DNA of 64,000 nt from NCBI GenBank assembly GCA_902800965.1, contig CADCGK010000012.1, forward strand, positions 155,820 to 219,819. Reading direction: 5' to 3'. The stretch is from an uncultured Bacteroidia bacterium (GTDB lineage: Bacteria > Bacteroidota > Bacteroidia > Bacteroidales > F082). Every line of letters starts with the position of its first letter. Position 1 is the first letter of the stretch. Below are positions 61,995 to 64,000 of the stretch, in pieces. Both the position numbers and the translations under genes were made by a program. The notes under the pieces are model-generated. The model was given only the letters and a program-made list of their open reading frames with translations, was not told the DNA's origin and did no database searches.

Positions 61995-63482
61995 GAGGGT
62001 GGATCTTAGAACTTCGTCTTTGTCTTGTTGATATGTTTCTTCGAGAAAGAGTTCGCCGTCGTCAAGGTATTTTTTCCAGACACCGTTTCGGATGCCGCCT
62101 GAATAGGTCTGTGACTCGCGAAGCCTGCCGTTAGGGTAGTAATGGAGATGCTCTCCATCGGGATAACCACCTTTGAAACTGCCTTTGAAAGCCAGCTTCC
62201 CGTTGGAATAATAGGATACCCACTCCCCTACTTGCTGGTCGTTGCGGTATTCTCCTTCTGAAAACACATCGCCCGACTGTTCTTTCCATTTACCTGTTTT
62301 CATGCCATCGAAATAGGATCCTTCTGCGATGACTTTCCCATCTTCGTCGTATTCAATGTATTTTCCTTCTGGTGCTCCGTCGAAGAAATCTTCATTGATC
62401 TGAACTTTTCCAGAGGGGTAATACCATGTCCAAGTGCCATCAAAACGACCGTCTTTATAGTTGCCTACCTGTTCCAACACCTTATTGGGATAATAGTATT
62501 TCCATACACCGGATTTCTTTCCATTGATGAAAAGTCCCTGGGCGCGCAAGGTGCTGTCGGGATAAAACTCCAGCCATTCGCCGCGGCGGGTGCCATCAGT
62601 GTCCATGATGCCAGATTGGACCAAGCGACCGTTTTTATAGATCTGTGAGCTGATTACATTACCGTTCTCATCGAATTCACGCCAAGTGCCTTCACGTTTG
62701 CCGCCACGGAACGAAGCTTCTCTTTTGACACGGCCGTTAGGATAGTATTCATGCTGCATCTGCAATGGCTTTGTCTCACTTTCAATCACTTGTTCCACAT
62801 CATTTACATATTTCGTGATGCGTTTCAGGTTTCCTTTTTCATCATAAAGCTTGTAATAGCCGTCTCGAAGACCATGTTTATAATAGATTTCCGATTTCAG
62901 CGCAAAATTGTCGTAAAACTCCTTCCAATAGCCATGTTTCCGGCCTTGTTTGTCATAACGGTTCAGTACTTCCCTTGTATTGAGGAAGCCTTTTTTATAG
63001 GTAATGATCTCAATAAGCCTGCCAGTGGTGTCATACACAGGTGAGATGCCGTGTTCATAACCATCTTTGATGGGAATTACTTGTAGCAAATGGTATTTTC
63101 TATCGTAACGACGGCTTTGTTCGCTCCTGACATTGTTGACAAAATAGTCTTCCTGAATTTCATCTGAAAGGTATGTTTTTCGGATTCCGTTTTTTAAATC
63201 GTTGCGATAATTGACAGCCAGCGTGGTATCCCCTTCCTCTGAGTAAAAGATCCACAGACCGTCCAACATGAAATTCTTACGGTCACCTTCCGATTTCAAC
63301 TGTCCATTCTCATAATAGGTCTTCCAATAGCCGTCTGGTTTGCCATCACGTAAAGTGCCTTCACTTGAAATACTGTCGTTGGCATACCTGAATACTTTGT
63401 ATTCAGTCTGCGCCACAACTGAAACACAGGAAAACAGCGTGATTATCAATGCTAAAGCTATCCTATTATTCATAACAATCAT
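61992..63482 (-). CDS. MORN-repeat (YwqK-family) secreted protein
   Basis: A signal peptide is followed by about 18 tandem G.W..YY.NG.L...G.Y..G..dG.W MORN-variant repeats. Confidence 0.75.
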   Translation of the reverse strand: MIVMNNRIALALIITLFSCVSVVAQTEYKVFRYANDSISSEGTLRDGKPDGYWKTYYENGQLKSEGDRKNFMLDGLWIFYSEEGDTTLAVNYRNDLKNGIRKTYLSDEIQEDYFVNNVRSEQSRRYDRKYHLLQVIPIKDGYEHGISPVYDTTGRLIEIITYKKGFLNTREVLNRYDKQGRKHGYWKEFYDNFALKSEIYYKHGLRDGYYKLYDEKGNLKRITKYVNDVEQVIESETKPLQMQHEYYPNGRVKREASFRGGKREGTWREFDENGNVISSQIYKNGRLVQSGIMDTDGTRRGEWLEFYPDSTLRAQGLFINGKKSGVWKYYYPNKVLEQVGNYKDGRFDGTWTWYYPSGKVQINEDFFDGAPEGKYIEYDEDGKVIAEGSYFDGMKTGKWKEQSGDVFSEGEYRNDQQVGEWVSYYSNGKLAFKGSFKGGYPDGEHLHYYPNGRLRESQTYSGGIRNGVWKKYLDDGELFLEETYQQDKDEVLRSTL

Positions 63483-64000
63483 CCTTCATCTCAAAATGCA
63501 AAACTAATAAAAACTTCGATTTGAACCGAGGGGGGTTTCAACCATCTATCATTAATTCATCATCAATTTTTTATAAAAATTTTGTTGACTGAATGATTAA
63601 TATGTTTGTGAACAATCGCATAACTTTTTGAAAAAAATCTTGTTTTTTTTGATTGAAATGTTATTTAAAGAAATTTGTTTTTATCAGAAATTTCATTTTC
63701 AAGCAGTTCGAATTTTCAAAGAAAAAAATGAAAAAATTTTTTGTAGAAATAAGTATCATATCGTTTTCAATTTTTTGGTGTTCATTTATTTTTATTTCGG
63801 GGAAAAAATTATTCTCTGTTTCTTAAATGAACACCCAATCTGTTTTATAAGAATTTATCAACAATAAAGCTGTTGATAAGTTTATAAGTAATTAAAAATT
63901 AACAATTTATAATTAATAGTAAGAAAACGACAAAAAGTTAAAAGGCTCATAAATAAAGGGTTATTATTGTGAGTCTTCGGATAAAAACATACCTTTGCGA

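Noticed and set aside
1-64000. A search for tRNA, rRNA, transposase, integrase, reverse transcriptase or restriction-modification genes.
   Set aside because: None of the intergenic regions shows cloverleaf-like GC-rich structure or rRNA-like sequence. None of the ORF translations carries DDE, tyrosine/serine recombinase, RT (YxDD) or methyltransferase motifs that I could recognise.

Overview
This window looks like a Bacteroidota chromosome segment, probably Bacteroidales/Prevotella-like. That placement is an inference from type IX secretion (T9SS) C-terminal sorting domains, TAnnTTTG -7 promoter boxes, an S46 peptidase and a PPAD-like deiminase. I call about 56 CDS. I saw no rRNA, tRNA, CRISPR array, transposase or integrase.

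Housekeeping core: S46 peptidase, an EF-G paralog, GH3-like ligase plus LysE exporter, recJ, purH, mreBCD-radA, an MscS-family channel, ruvC, a deoxyhypusine-synthase-like/arginase-fold pair, topA, a cysQ-like gene, TlpA-like thioredoxin, methylmalonyl-CoA mutase mutA/mutB, pgk and an LD-carboxypeptidase.

Accessory patches look more AT-rich by eye (not computed):
- 3.0-15.9 kb: secreted-protein cassettes, two DUF5618-like paralogs, a DUF3990-like/HTH pair, a leucine-rich-repeat (LRR) T9SS protein and membrane-anchored TPR/LuxR-like regulators.
- 29.4-33.3 kb: a third TPR/LuxR-like regulator plus outer-membrane proteins.
- 50.7-52.3 kb: higBA plus a membrane protein.
- 59.96-61.1 kb: an orphan Card1/Can2-like CARF nuclease.

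Most interesting observations:
1. A ~105-bp palindromic REP/MITE-like element is present in 5 full or partial copies. Three lie in-frame inside ORFs (cysQ-like, an LRR protein's T9SS sorting domain, and the 5' end of a truncated regulator), which resembles Rickettsia palindromic elements.
2. An orphan CARF plus PD-(D/E)xK nuclease gene is start/stop-coupled (TAATG) to pgk.
3. A DUF3990-like (PARP-like HGS...GFY motifs) plus XRE-HTH two-gene module looks like a toxin-antitoxin or defense pair. Its promoter module is a conserved 60-bp unit shared with the two DUF5618-like genes.
4. Three paralogous lipoprotein-TPR / TM / coiled-coil / LuxR-like proteins are linked to secreted-protein cassettes.
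5. mutB appears to lack about 45 residues of the conserved barrel.
6. Several families of heptamer 'word' arrays form intercistronic palindromes. One sits in-frame inside radA, and one ~40-nt leader is shared by mreB and pgk.

All functional calls come from motif recognition by eye. No database search was run.
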